DNA of 63,990 bases, counting the filler, from Cercozoa sp. M6MM (Eukaryota; Protista; Endomyxa: Ascetosporea), in the NCBI GenBank assembly GCA_040357565.1. It is 8 parts of 8 records of this genome, joined end to end, with 100 filler letters (N's around TTAATTAATTAA, not from the genome) between each part and the next. Parts side by side here need not be neighbours in the genome. Positions count along the whole stretch, not along the records: positions 28,348 to 51,303 come from JBDODJ010000177.1; positions 51,404 to 57,782 come from JBDODJ010000749.1; positions 57,883 to 62,749 come from JBDODJ010001031.1; 5 more parts are not named here. One strand, written 5' to 3'. The notes beneath the pieces are model-generated. The model did no database searches, was not told the DNA's origin, and saw only the letters and a program-made list of their open reading frames with translations. Shown piece by piece: positions 42,106-57,951 of the stretch. Within the stretch, counting starts at the first letter, position 1, and every line of letters starts with the position of its first letter. The position numbers were made by a program, and so were the translations under genes.

Positions 42106-43142
42106 CAATGTGGGTGTGTCTGTTAACTAGATTGGTCTCGTGCGCAACGACAGCGTGCTGTTCCGCCGAGTGCATGCACTGCTGGCGCAGCAGCAGCAGC
42201 AGCAGAGTCGCAGCGATGACAGTGTTCCTGAGTTTGTCGTGCAGCGGCCCAGTGAGGACGATCTGCAGGACGACGTGCGTCTCGTGCGTCTCCGCACGCT
42301 GCTAGACTACGCGACGCACGTTGCTCGCTCGCAGGTGGCTTTTTAAATATATCATCCTTGGGGCACTGTCATCCCTGACCCCTTTTGTATCGCTCTTTTG
42401 TATCGGTGCAGGTGACGACACTGCGCACGTTGCGTGAGCAGAAGCGTCTTCGACAGCAGTACTCGGGAGCAGCGCTGCAGCAGCAGGTCGAGGCCAAGAA
42501 ACGCTCGAGCTACGAGGTGCTCAAGGTGGAGGCTCAGCCGGCGCGACAGGGCAGTCTCCAGCAAAGCGAGCAGAGTGCCAAGGCGCAGTCCTTTGCCGTT
42601 GCCTTCGCCGATGACACGCTGTACTTTGCGTGCGATCTGCTGCTCACTTTGTTCCGACGCGAGGCCCTGCAGGTAGTATTCCCTTGCATGGGAGGTGGAG
42701 CGTCTAAGTGTGATGCATACACTTCTTTGTTATCTCTAAAACAGAGGAAGGAGATGCGCGAGAATGCCAACGTAAACTGGCGTCTGGCACAGTGGCAGCC
42801 TCTGCTGTCGGGTGCCCTGCGGGTACTTACTGCTAGTCTATGTGCGTGCACGTGTATGACTGCGTTGTCACAGTTCTCGAGAGCGCCGGGCGTGCACCGA
42901 CTGGTGCTCCAGGTGGCGCCGCATTACTGCAGTCTGCGCTTTGCCAATCAGTTCGTGTTCCGCGCGGACGACTTGAGCGGCGACGTGTGCGTGCAGCAGG
43001 CACCGGCGCGGGAGCAGCGACGACTGCTTGGCGAACGCGCTCGCTGCAGCGACGAGGAGGTGCGTTTTCCTTCGCGCCTGCTTGCTTGTGTCGATGAAAT
43101 CTTGGTGGTGTGGTCCTGGTGGTGTGTGTGTGGTGTGTGTGT

Positions 43143-43180
<38 letters not shown>

Positions 43181-44398
43181 GTTTGACCTGACCTGTGCCA
43201 CGTGGCGCATGTGTTTCTGCAGGTACAACAAGAGCTCGAGCAGCAGAGCAAGAAGCATAAGAAGGCTCGCTCGCTGCTGCTGAACAACAAGGAGATCCGT
43301 CAGCGCGAGAAAGTCGAGCGTGGTGAGTCCTGGATATCCACAGGGGCGAGGGTGCTATGCGGGTTATGTATAGAGGGGTGTGTCTATGTCTGTTTGTATC
43401 TCTCGCTACAGAGAAGCAGTACGGCCAGTGGCGACATCTCGTTACTGACGTGGCTGACCGGTGTTTCGATGCGCTGAGCGACACGGACGAGGACACGCGC
43501 CGCGTGGCCTACAAGGTGCTGGCGTCGCTGCTGCTGCTGACCGAGGACACCAATAACGACAGCAGCAGCAACGGCAACAGTAGCAGCAACACTGACAGCG
43601 ATACAAAGTCTCTCAACAAGAAGCAGAAAAAGGCTAAGAAGCGACAGCAGAAACAACAGCAGCAGCAAAAGGACGGCAAGGACCAGGTTTGGAATACTCT
43701 TGTTCCTCATCTGACTTAATAGGTCTACCCCTTGCTTGTGTGCACAGGCACTGGTGGCACTGGCGCCGCCGCTGCTGCGACTGCGAGTGGCACAGGCCGA
43801 CGTGCTGCTGCAGTTCGTGGGCGTGCACGTCAACGTGCACAGCACGAGCGACAGCAACGCGACGCGCGTGGCACTCCAGCTGCTGCGCGCGCTGCTGCAG
43901 CGACGTGTCGTCGTGCCGCGCATCTTTGACATCATGCAGCAGGTCACCAAGGTGCTCGTCACGGTCCGCTCTCGCTTTGTCCACGCTGACTGTTGCTACA
44001 TCTGTAATGGAACAAATTGCAGGCACATGACGAGTCGCTTCAGCAGCTCTGCGGCACTGTCGTGGGCGACTACATCATGCACTTCCCGCTGGGACCGAAG
44101 CGTATCAAGTCGACTCTGCGCGGACTGGTGGCTAATCTCGACTATGAGACACCGCTGGGACGCAAGGCCGTGACCTCTTGTCTCTCGCAGCTTGCCGAGT
44201 ATGCCTGGCCATGTGCACACTGATGCGTGTACACCTGTATACCTATGTTGCCATACATCTGCGCAGTCGACTCCCGGTGCCATTGCTGGAGGAGGAGTTG
44301 GCCGCTGTGCTCTTTGTCAAGTCGGCGCAGATGCACTCGGGCGACAGCGAGGAGGCCTGCCGTCTCGCTGCTGGTATATTCTTGGGTCCTCTTTGTGA

Positions 44399-44453
<55 letters not shown>

Positions 44454-44574
44454 CAAGATCGTGTGTGCTGCAGGCGACCTGATGCGCGCCGTGGTGGCGC
44501 GTGTGAGTCGTCGCACCGTGTCGCAGCTGGTGGCACTGCCGCGTGCCTGGCTACAACAGTCGCTTGAGGTACTC

Positions 44575-44613
<39 letters not shown>

Positions 44614-44919
44614 CATTCTCTCGTCTGTCCAACAATCACATGTATATGTGCTGTTTAGTCGAAGGACAAAACCCTGGCCTTGTTGGCGACGCAGACACTC
44701 GGCGCACTTCTGCTGTCGATGAGAAGGCAGCTCGTCGTGTTCGGTCCGTCGCAGGACGCGTCGCACGCGCTACAGCTGGTGCAGCTGCTGCACGAGACGG
44801 TGCAGCAGGAGACGCAGCGCGAGGAACAGCGCGTACGCGATGCTTATGCCGCGCACATGACGCATATGACTGACGACGACGAGAACGGTAGCTACAACAC
44901 ACGCATGTGCGTGTATGTC

Positions 44920-44969
<50 letters not shown>

Positions 44970-44979
44970 NNNNNNNNNN

Positions 44980-45031
<52 letters not shown>

Positions 45032-46598
45032 GTGTGTGCGTGTATGTGTGCGTATTATCTCGAGTGCAGAGAACAAGGACGATAGCTGGCGGGCGTCGTA
45101 CCACGCGTGTGTGTGCGTTGAGCGTCTGCTGTGCATGCCAGACGTCTTGCGTCTGGTGCGTGAGCGTCACGAGGTAGCTTTTCCTGCAGTGGGGAGTGGG
45201 TATTTTGGTGTCTTGTTGGACTCCCTTGTGTGGGTGCGGTAGAAACTGTGGCGGCTGCTGCGCGCTGTTGTGTGCGACAACGTGCGACACTCGCACATGT
45301 GGATGCGCGGCGTGGCCTTACGCGTGCTGCTGGCTCTTTTCACTGGCGAGGCTACCAGTCTGCAGGTACACAGTGGTGTACATGCACGCGTGAATACATG
45401 CACAAGTACGTTGTGTGTGCAGACTGCTCTCGACAGCGAGGACACGGGCGAGGTGGTGTCGGTGCTGTCGCAGTTGCCGCTGTATCAGACGCACGACTCA
45501 GCGCGGCAGGGTGTGCTGCAGATGGCACAGGGACTGGTGGCCATGCTGGAAGGTATCGACCATCCAACTTGAGTTGGTATATATATGGAGAGACATGTAT
45601 GTTGTCTTTGCCGTGTAGGTGGCAGCAGCGACACATACTTGCTGGCGGAGCCGGTGCATGCCGAGGTGGCGCGTTCACTCGTGCAGGCACTATCCTTGCT
45701 GGTACGTTTCCCATGCGCTCCTTTAGTGGTGCGGTGCAGGCTTGACCTTCTTTGTTGACCGTGCACAGGCGCTGTCGTTGCTGCACCTGGACGCTCACGA
45801 AAGCAAGAGCGGCAGCATGCAGATCGACGAGGACGACGAAAACGAGCAGGGCGACGAGAAAAGGCAAGGCTCAGCATCGGCCTTGTTCCGACTGGTCAAG
45901 CAGGTGTGCTCGCTGGCCCGGCGACTTGAGGTACTTGCTGTAGATATAACTTGCGTATCTAAGTAGTTTGGCATTTGCCGTGTCTCTAGGCTTGTCGAAC
46001 CCTCGTGTTCCAGTGGCTCTTTGTGCTGTCGCACCGCGTGCCGGTGTCGGTCCTAGAGTCGCTGCTGCCCATTGTGCTTGTGCCGCTGCAGCGCGCTCAG
46101 CACCTGCAAGTGCCGGAGCTCACCGAGCAGCAGGAACGCGCACAGTCGCTAGCTCACCAGGTACTGCTGTCACACAGCCCTTGTTTTATGGTATATACAT
46201 ACATGTGCGAATGCATGGATCGACTGCACAGGTGACGGAGGTGCTGCAACGCCGTGTCAGCAATGACATTTACGTGCGCGAGTTGCACCGTGTGCGATCC
46301 GACCAAGAAAAGGCGTACCTTGCTCTTAAACTGGATGCCTTTGCCCTCGCGTACACCTGTTTTGGCCGGCAGTCGACTCGAACGACGTGCGCGCGAGGCG
46401 CAGCTGCGTGTCCAGGCGCCTGGGAAGGCGAACTTGCGTCGTCAGAAACGTCACTTGCGCAAGCGACAGCGACGGTATCTTTTGTGCTTGCTTTCTTGCA
46501 GGGGAAGATGTTGCACCTTTGTTTTTGCACCTCCTGTGTCTGTGTTCAGTCGCGAGAAGAACGAAGAGCACCGTATGGATCGCCACATGCGACTGTAG
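31472..46598 (+). CDS. UTP20: UTP20 (SSU processome HEAT-repeat protein), several dozen short introns
   Basis: RRFRFQSFSDRVAAIDV, TLPLVLHHKQLIVQALL, LQRLVNWRTFREQMATFPL, DDDVEQDFFSNVVHIQLHRRQRALRRL, LQRGHQVHVLAYTIH, FPLGPKRIKSTLRGLVANLDYETPLGR, and a basic C-terminus. Confidence 0.93.
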
Positions 46599-47164
46599 TT
46601 TCCGCTACACTAAACTCGTCGCGTCTTTCAGTTCACGTCAGATTTCTTTCTTTTGGTTGGTTCCTTTCACGTTTAACGCAACGCAACTGAAGCCGGATTC
46701 CTTCGAATTCGTTCAGAGTAATTTAGTTAGTTAGTCATTCCGAAGTAATACAAGAACTGAAGCCAACTATGTCGTGTGCGGTAGTTCCGTTTCTTCATAC
46801 CCGACCGGTCTGGTCCTGCGCTGGGGTGGTCGAAGTAACTCCTTCGTTTAGTTTACATCCATTCCATTCTGACCGGCGGGATCTTGTCTTGTTTTTGTGT
46901 CCTGGATCAATCTGGTCGCCTAAGAATATGAAACCTCGCGTCTGTTTTAATCCTTGCTGAGCACAGCTCTGAAAGGTGCTGGCTCCGTAAAGTCACACCT
47001 ACGCGACCGGTATTTACAGTACGCTGACATCAGCTGCTCGATTTTTAGTCGTCGCTGCACGGGTTCAGCTAAATGGTCAAATTCCTATCGCTGCTCGCAG
47101 TACAATTGTAATACAATAATACGACGGGCAAAACTGTATTTATATCAATTTCTATTGCGTTCAT

Positions 47165-50100
47165 TCAGCCCCTGGTGGCGAGTTGCTTCCCCGCACTGAG
47201 CGCGTTTAATTTTTCGTCGTATGCCTCGATTTCGTTTCGTCGCTTGCGAATCTAAACTTACAGAATAAATTGAGATTTTATGAGTTGGTGAGCGAGCGCT
47301 AGGCCTGAGCAGCAGAATGTACCAACTCCTCGACGTCAACTTTCGGAGCCTCTTCTCTCAGGAGATTTGGCCCATTGGGGTTGTCCTCCTGGAACACCCA
47401 GACATGCGTTAGCTCATCAGTTTTAAGGTTGCGAAGATTTATACTTTGAGGCTTTCAGTATCAGCAGCGCGGTTTTGAGAGCGCCTGCGACCGCGTAGCA
47501 CGTTCGCATCGCACTTCGGGCACGCTCGGTCGCGATTCAGTCGTTCTGACACTTCAATTTTCTTCGAAAGTTCACGAACAAGGGAATCAGCTTGAGTTTG
47601 TCGAGCTGTAGCATCTTCGGCAATCTTCTTCCATTTTTCGATTTCATTTTCTCTGCTTGCCGAGCTGGCGAGTTTTGCCGCAAGCAACTGGTCGGTTTTG
47701 GCATCAAGGCGATCTTGAGCAGACGCGCGGTGGTAGTTCACCTTTTCAAGTTCGTCTTGCAGCGCAACGATCGATTGGTCTCTTTCAGAGAGCTGCATTC
47801 ACACGGCGTTTGTACAGTATTTGAATGGAGTGTAAGTTAAAGGCGCGAGGATTACCTTGCTAGTCAATGCAAGCATGATGTCGCGTTGTTTGAGGAGCAG
47901 CGTTTTGTACTTGTCTACCTGAGCCTTGTCTCGCTCAATTTCATGGCGCTCTTTCTCCAGAGTCGACAGTCTTTCCTTGTACTCCATTCTGATTTTTTGT
48001 TGCTCCAATAGCAGAGCAGTCCGGAATTCCTGTGACTGTTGCACAGAAGAACCTCCGTGCACGACTTGCGCTGAGATTCGCTTAATTTGGCGTTTCTGGC
48101 GGAATTGTTAAATTAAGTGCATCATACAAAGATGTGCGTGATGCACGGTTTTCAAGTTCATACCAGTCTTGCTTTTTCTGCTTTCTCGGCAAGCAGTTCC
48201 TGGGATAGTTTGTGGAGAGACTGAACTGCGCGATCTCTTGCTTCTTCCATTTCGAGCAACTTTCGTTTGTCAACGACGCGTTGAGATCGCTGTTGCAGTT
48301 GCTGCCGAAGGCGAGTTAGCTCCCGTTCGTACTAATGCACCAATTAAAAACTAATCTGGCTGTTGGTGTACGTGATTGGGTACTTTGCGCAGTTGAGTCT
48401 TGTGGTCGATGTCCACGTTTATCATTGGTCTGTTCTTGATTTTCTTTGCGCGATGCGCAAATTTCAGAGTGCTAAGCGACTCCAACAGAGCCTCTTGTGC
48501 GGGAGACACCATGGCAATCCTACACAACCGTCAGCACATGCTCTGGACCCGCTTGTATTTGAAGACGACGAAAGAGTGTAAATTTAAATTTACATCGTGG
48601 TGACGCAGTTTCCTCCCAACGAATCCTGTAAATACGGCATGAATACATATACTATCTAGTCTGTAAATTTCTGCCAAAGAAATGGTAATAGCCACTAACC
48701 TCGAGAATGCGTGTCAGCTTTGAGTTGCGATAGGGTACGTGCTTTCGACTGGTGCGTGCAGACTTGGGGTCAGTGAGAACGGAAATGACATTCCCCAGCG
48801 CCGCCAAGGAAAGGTCTACGTTGCACTCAGATTCTCCACGCAAGTTTCTCAGACACGAGTAAATTTACTGATTTTTTTGGACTCTTCTAGTCGCTGCCCT
48901 GTCGCACCAGAGATGCGCACTCGTTCGGAACCTGCCAAGTCAACCTACAGCAGGGAACAACATCATGGTAGTATTTCACCTCGCTATCTTTTCGAAACGT
49001 GTACCAAATTCAACTTCCCCACTTTCACGGACTTTTTGTCATCAATCTCAGTTTGCTGTTCGACGACGATAATGAAGATCGCGTGAGAACGCGAAGAAAT
49101 TTCGTTCATGCGCGTCGAGGAAGTTGCTCGACTTTGGGAGCCCTAGAAGTTATGCGGTTGAATCCGCTTTTCGACTTGGAAGTGTTTTTTACCTTTTTGA
49201 TAAGCGAGTAGATCTCTTTCGGCGACCGCACGACCCATTCACTAAGCCGGGCAACGAACACACCGCGCTTTCTGTCTTCACGGATCTGCAGTGACTTCTG
49301 CTCGTTTCGCAGCAAGTCGCTGATCTGCTCGTTGTAGACTAAGTTTAGACAATGAGCCAAACGTATTCAGTTTCAGCACGGTAACTGCAGGAACAGGTAC
49401 TCTGCAAATACGACACGCGAACGAGAAATTTTGTTGAAGACGTGGCTTCACGGTCGATGTATGCTACATTGACGGTAGGTAAGGTACCAGGCGACTATAT
49501 ACAGAATGAAGATGAACCAAAAATATCGCTGATGGCCTTTGGAATAATTCCTGGTTTGTTTTGTTTTCCTTCCATGGTGAAAGTCTTGCCTGTTCACATT
49601 CACAAGTAAGATCAAAAGCTGTCAGATGGATGAAACTTAAGAACTGAACGTACCTGCAGAAGTCTGTCCGTACGCGATAAGTGTGGCATTGTATCCATTT
49701 AAGACGCTCATAACTGCGTTCTTGGCGGTCTTTTCATACACCTCTTGTTGCTTCGAGTCTTGGTCAAAGACGTAGTCGAAAGAATAATCATGCTGATTCC
49801 AGACTATCTCTCCGTCTATCACATCGTATGCAGTAATGTGCCTCTTGTCTTCGTGGACTTTAATTGCAGTTTTGTAGCGTGGGTGGCGTAACTCTCGTCG
49901 CAACGGAGGTCGAACGCGCACAGCAACACGGAAGTTTGTGTCGAGTGCCACTGGAGGTTGCACACCTGTATCGGGTTGCACCTTTACGTTTGACGCACTG
50001 AAACCGCGAACACCGTCGTTTCTGGAACTACGGCGTCGGCACGACGGAGGCTTCAGAACAGCAACTGGTGCTGTGCTCGGACGCTTCTCGTTCTGATGGC

Positions 50101-50472
50101 TGTTTCGCGGAGGTGTGCCACTTTCAGGCCGTGGGTAACGAGGAAGGGCGCATCTGATCAAGCCGCTAGCTGCTGACATCCTGTGTTCGCGCTCGTATGT
50201 CGGAGGCACTTCGGTTTTGAGCCAATCGTCATCCGGTCTCAAACTGTACCTTCGGCGAAAGTAATCCTGCGAAAGAAGGCAAGTTTAGTCCAGAGTTGAT
50301 AACCAGAGCAAAAATATGTTGAAAGGAAAGTTACGCTTGGAGCCTCAGCTTTATCCCAGTCCTCAAAGCACATCTCATCTTGGGTTTTGTTTTCGCCGTG
50401 CTGGTTTGTTTCGCTGAAAACAATGTATGGCGCTTCGTGATCAACGCCTCGTGGCGAGCTGCGAAGTACCAT
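47165..50472 (-). CDS. Kinesin with an N-terminal motor domain and coiled-coil stalk
   Basis: [36 protein letters not shown] (P-loop), [19 protein letters not shown] (switch I), VDLAGSER (switch II), [20 protein letters not shown], and stalk [23 protein letters not shown]. Confidence 0.95.
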
Positions 50473-50591
50473 CGCTCCTGCAGTGTTCTTAGCGTAAAAC
50501 TGGTTTTGGGAGCTCGGACCCCAAGATTTCTCGAAACGCAGACTTACGCGCTGACGGAGCAAAATGCGAAGACAGGCTGCCAGGGTACCGA

Positions 50592-50909
50592 CGGTAATTA
50601 CATCATTTTGTTAGTTAGTTCGTTGAATCTTATCGGAAACCAGCTAAGTAGTTCCCCTGCACCACCGTCTTGGGTGGGTCACAAGAGCATGGTCGTGTCT
50701 ACCGCCCGCTTAGGGTAGGCCCTGCAACTCCCCTTTTGAGGTTCCCCAGACAGACAGCGAGATCGACTTCATGGTTGGTACACGTGGCGGTTACATCATT
50801 TTGTAGTTAGTTAGTATAATTACCGATCAAAATGCTTGTGACCCACCTCGAACTGGTGCAGGGGAACTAAACTTACTTAGTAGGTTTCCTAAAATTTATA
50901 AGACTCAAC
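50592..50909. repeat. Intergenic composite of a diverged 70-80 bp inverted repeat and a 23-bp direct repeat
   Basis: 50622-50690 matches the reverse complement of 50832-50909. TTACATCATTTTG(T)TAGTTAGTT occurs at 50598 and 50791. Confidence 0.8.
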
Positions 50910-51022
50910 CCCGTGTCAGCTTTGAAGACATCTACAGAAATGGCGTGACATACACGGCAACCATACTACGACTACACGACACAACAGTGGCCGAGCGCTA
51001 GTGCCAGTGGCGTACGGTAGAC

Positions 51023-51303
51023 CTAGATCGACGAGTCCGACAGAGACCTCGCAATATTTAAGGGCGTCGCCTTGGGTCCGGAGTTTGAGTTCTTGGTGTT
51101 GTTGTTGTTGTTGTTGTTGTTGTCGTTGTCGTTGTTGTCGTTGTTGTTGCTGCTGCTCTCGTTGGTCGATGAAGCGAGTACACCAGCAGAGGACTCTTTG
51201 GTGACAGCGGCAGTGGCAGTGGCAGTGTCCGCAGCGTCTGGGGAGGAGGCAGCGGCCGTCGTCGTGCCGAGGCTGTCGCAGTTGCCGGCGTTGGCACTGG
51301 GGG
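51023..51303 (-). CDS. Low-complexity terminal exon (Ser/Thr/Ala/Asn-rich) of a gene truncated by the spacer
   Basis: Open frame SANAGNCDSLGTTTAAASS...NNNDNN...NIARSLSDSSI*. Confidence 0.45.
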
Positions 51304-51684
51304 NNNNNNNNNNNNNNNNNNNNNNNNNNNNNNNNNNNNNNNNNNNNTTAATTAATTAANNNNNNNNNNNNNNNNNNNNNNNNNNNNNNNNNNNNNNNNN
51401 NNNTTTTTTTTCGAATCGCGTCAGCGTCGTGTCGTTTTATTTCGGTCGAAATGTCACGTTTTTCTTGCATTTCTGATTCGGGCGTTTGTGTTATTTTGAG
51501 CGCCTCGATCAAGAGGGAACTGGGAACTCCACGACTGTCGCATGAACACCGGGACGTCAACGAAATTAACTCGAGTCAAAACTCTCGTCTGTGCTCGACT
51601 GTACTTGCTGTCACAAGACGCCAGAACCACAGCTCAAGAAATATCTTACAGCATCGTCATAGACATTGAGCTGCTGCAGGCTCG

Positions 51685-53370
51685 TCATCTCACACTGGAT
51701 GAACGTGGGTCAGTGCAGCGCTCAAAATCACGGAGGTGCTCCTGCTTTACACGAAACACTAATCCTTGCACCTACAACATACAGTCCAAATGATTCGTAG
51801 TTTTTACGATAATCGAAGAAAGCAGTAAATACCGCCACTTCCGTGGCGACTGTTGCTGGGATCTTTTCGGCAGTGTGAGTCGACTTTGCTGTAGGAGGCG
51901 CCTTTGGCTTGTCGCGCAGCAGGCGGAACACTGCCCTCTTGTGCCTGCCACAGACATCTCGAATTAAAAAACGAACGGATAAACAAACAAAAAAACAAAA
52001 GCAAACCGAATTTATAAATGTAAATTAAGGACTGTTTACATGCTGCGACTTTTCTGCAGCGAGTGCAGTTGACCGTCGATGTGAAATCGAATCATTTGTA
52101 TTCCAGTTCTGCGCGACATGGCACTCACCATTGCTTTGATTGGACCTAACAAACAACACTTGTCTAACACACCAAACGTATCATGCTAAATGCGGCTCAA
52201 CATACTGCAGCTGCTGATCTGGAGGCTTTTCAATTCGAGTGACCTGTTCACGGAATTCCTGTATTTCTCCGGCAAGTCGTTTTCCAGCATCTAAACAAAA
52301 ACAAGCTTTAAAAAAAAACTATGAGAATCAACCTGAAATTTCGTTTACCAATGCAGTCAGCAGTTCGGCGTAAGTAGTGCCGGTGGTATCCTCGGCGCTG
52401 TAGGCCTTGTCGCGATCGATGACACTGCCGTGCTGGGCGAGTATCTTGGCCGCCAGCAAGAACAGCGTTCTGCACTCGGTCGGAAGCTTGCGTTTCTCGT
52501 CGCACGGTGCCTATTCAAACAATACGATCAAAACTAAAAATGCAATGAGGCGGAGGCAGAAGGAAGAGAGACCACGGTGACTACAACTGTGGGATGCAAC
52601 ACAGCTTTCGGCGTGTCCAAAAGAGTGTCAGACACGCGTTTCTTCCGTGTCTTCTTCGGTTCAGGAGCTTCTTGTTCCTCCGTGTCTTGGCGCCGACCGG
52701 TGCGTGCCGGGCGACGACACTGGTCCAGCTCTTGCTCCAGTTGCTCCTGCTTCCGCTGCTGTTGTGACACTTCAGTAGGCCGGCTGGACACAAGGTCGCT
52801 GTTGCTGCTGCAGAAGTTGCTGGCATCTTCCAGTGCAGGCAACGCTACGGCACTCCGGCTTGGCGTTGACTACAGCACGTCAGTGGTGAAACTAAAAGCA
52901 CTGAAGCACGAATTTACATCAAATGAGCGCTCGCTTCGAGTTTCAGCAGCGCGAAATGTAAGTTTTTGTCGTTTCGGCGGCGGCGCCGACAACAGCAGTT
53001 CCGCCGACTGCCCAGGGATGAGACAATTCCCAAAGAGGTGCTTTAACAAGCAAGTCTTACATCCACATTGTTGATCCGGCTTTGTTCTACGTTGGACTTT
53101 GTGCCGCCGAGATGATGCGCTAAACACAACGGATCCAACGAGACGAGGCAAGGATGTGTGTGCCCAGTCAGGCAGGGTACAGTCGGACTGCTGGCGACGC
53201 TTGGCTGCCTTCCTGCGACGTCGGTTCGCTTTCTTGAGACGGACCAGCGCGTGGAGTCGTTCCTGCGTTCAATCCCAGAGCAGATTATGAGAACGCTTTT
53301 CGGTGGGTGGATCAAAACAATTTACAATATGGTCCTCGAGTTCATCAAAAAACTCTGAATCGGAACTCAT
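51685..53370 (-). CDS. Tandem paralog of the N-terminal half of the 53890-57189 gene (basic region plus HARE-HTH-like domain), with no La/RRM module visible; 3' end uncertain
   Basis: Exon-by-exon homology to 55340-57189 (MSSDSEFFDELE, KKRVSDTLLDTPKAVLHP, ECRTLFLLAAKILAQHG). Many synonymous differences and divergent introns. Confidence 0.75.
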
Positions 53371-53889
53371 CAGACTGTGCCGCGCTGTTTTGAGACAAGG
53401 CTTAATAGCACACTGCAATAAAACAAGCCACTGTCGCTTTTTGAAGGTTCTAACGCACTTATGGAAGCCGGAACCAAGAAGCCGGAACCAAGGACAACCC
53501 ACTGCTGGTGCCGTTTGGGAAAAGATCAAGCAACTTCAGCGTGAAGGTACAGAGTCTAATTTAGTGCAGTCATGTGCACACTTTCTGTGCACGCTCTGGC
53601 AGTAAACGATAGAACTACATCAATGTCGAGCATAAATCAGTACGAAAATTGAAACGGAATTAAAGATAATGTACGAAGCTGGACGGGGACGACTCGACTG
53701 ATGTGAAACTGACATCATTAAACTGCGCTTCCTAGCAGCGAGTGCTGTGCTGGCGGCGATCTTCACAAGTAATTTTTTCATTTATCGTATCGTATCGTAT
53801 GTGACTTCTTCGACTGAGACAGTCGAGCCCGTACAATACTATACTCCGAACTACGATAGTTGCAAGATCGCCCTCGCCAGCGAGACTAG

Positions 53890-57189
<3,300 letters not shown>

Positions 57190-57454
57190 CTTGTGCCATT
57201 CAGCGATGAACGCACTCGTTGCGCGGCCGCAACGCGAATAATACGTAATGCCAACACGCGATCACCAAGCCGTTAAATTGTTATTTTTACAGTACGGCCC
57301 AGAACTGTATCAGCCATAGCTGTGCTTATATCCAGAAGTGGTTGCGCCAAGCTCTTTCGCTCTTCAGAGCGTGTCGAGCTTAGTCGCCACAGATTAAGTA
57401 AAAAAAAATGGCGCTGAATCTGTCATAGTTAAAAACGTGGCTACGAGAAGTCGA

Positions 57455-57714
57455 TTAGTGCGCCTCACCCGACAGGAGCCAGCGCAGACCAAGCAGCACG
57501 GGTGCGTTCTCGTGGAAGGCCATTTGGACCTCCTCATCGCCGACCTGGCAACACAGTACCGCCAGGAGGGGAAAAGGTAGGTAGGTAGGGGGGCTAACGC
57601 ACCATGAATCGCACGAGGAGCACCTTGACCACACGCGGCACAGGATCCTGTCCGAACACGTCATTGTAGCGTCCCTGCCACAGCGTGCGCCGGTCGCGCT
57701 TGTCCACCAGCTCG
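57455..57714 (-). CDS. 3' exons of a gene ending in a SUEL-lectin/DNAJC11-C-terminal-like small domain
   Basis: YNDVFGQDPVPRVVKVLLVRFMVGDEEVQMAFHENAPVLL matches the FGxDPxPxxxKxLxVxY/F pattern. Confidence 0.5.
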
Positions 57715-57951
57715 CTACAGAGGGGGTAAAGGGGGGGGGGGGGGGTGTGTGGGGGTAAAAGTCTAACCGCAGTTGTTCGGTGNNNNNNNNNNNNNNNNNN
57801 NNNNNNNNNNNNNNNNNNNNNNNNNNTTAATTAATTAANNNNNNNNNNNNNNNNNNNNNNNNNNNNNNNNNNNNNNNNNNNNAACAGAGGGGAGAGTAAA
57901 CAGGGGAGGTAAACAGGGGGGGGGGGGGGGTAAACAGGGGGGTAAACCTAC

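Noticed and set aside
46800-47060. SUMO-like fragment on the - strand (LMSAYC...QQGL...FIFLG)
   Set aside because: The pieces are in different frames, no splice keeps the motif intact, and there is no terminal GG. Probably chance.
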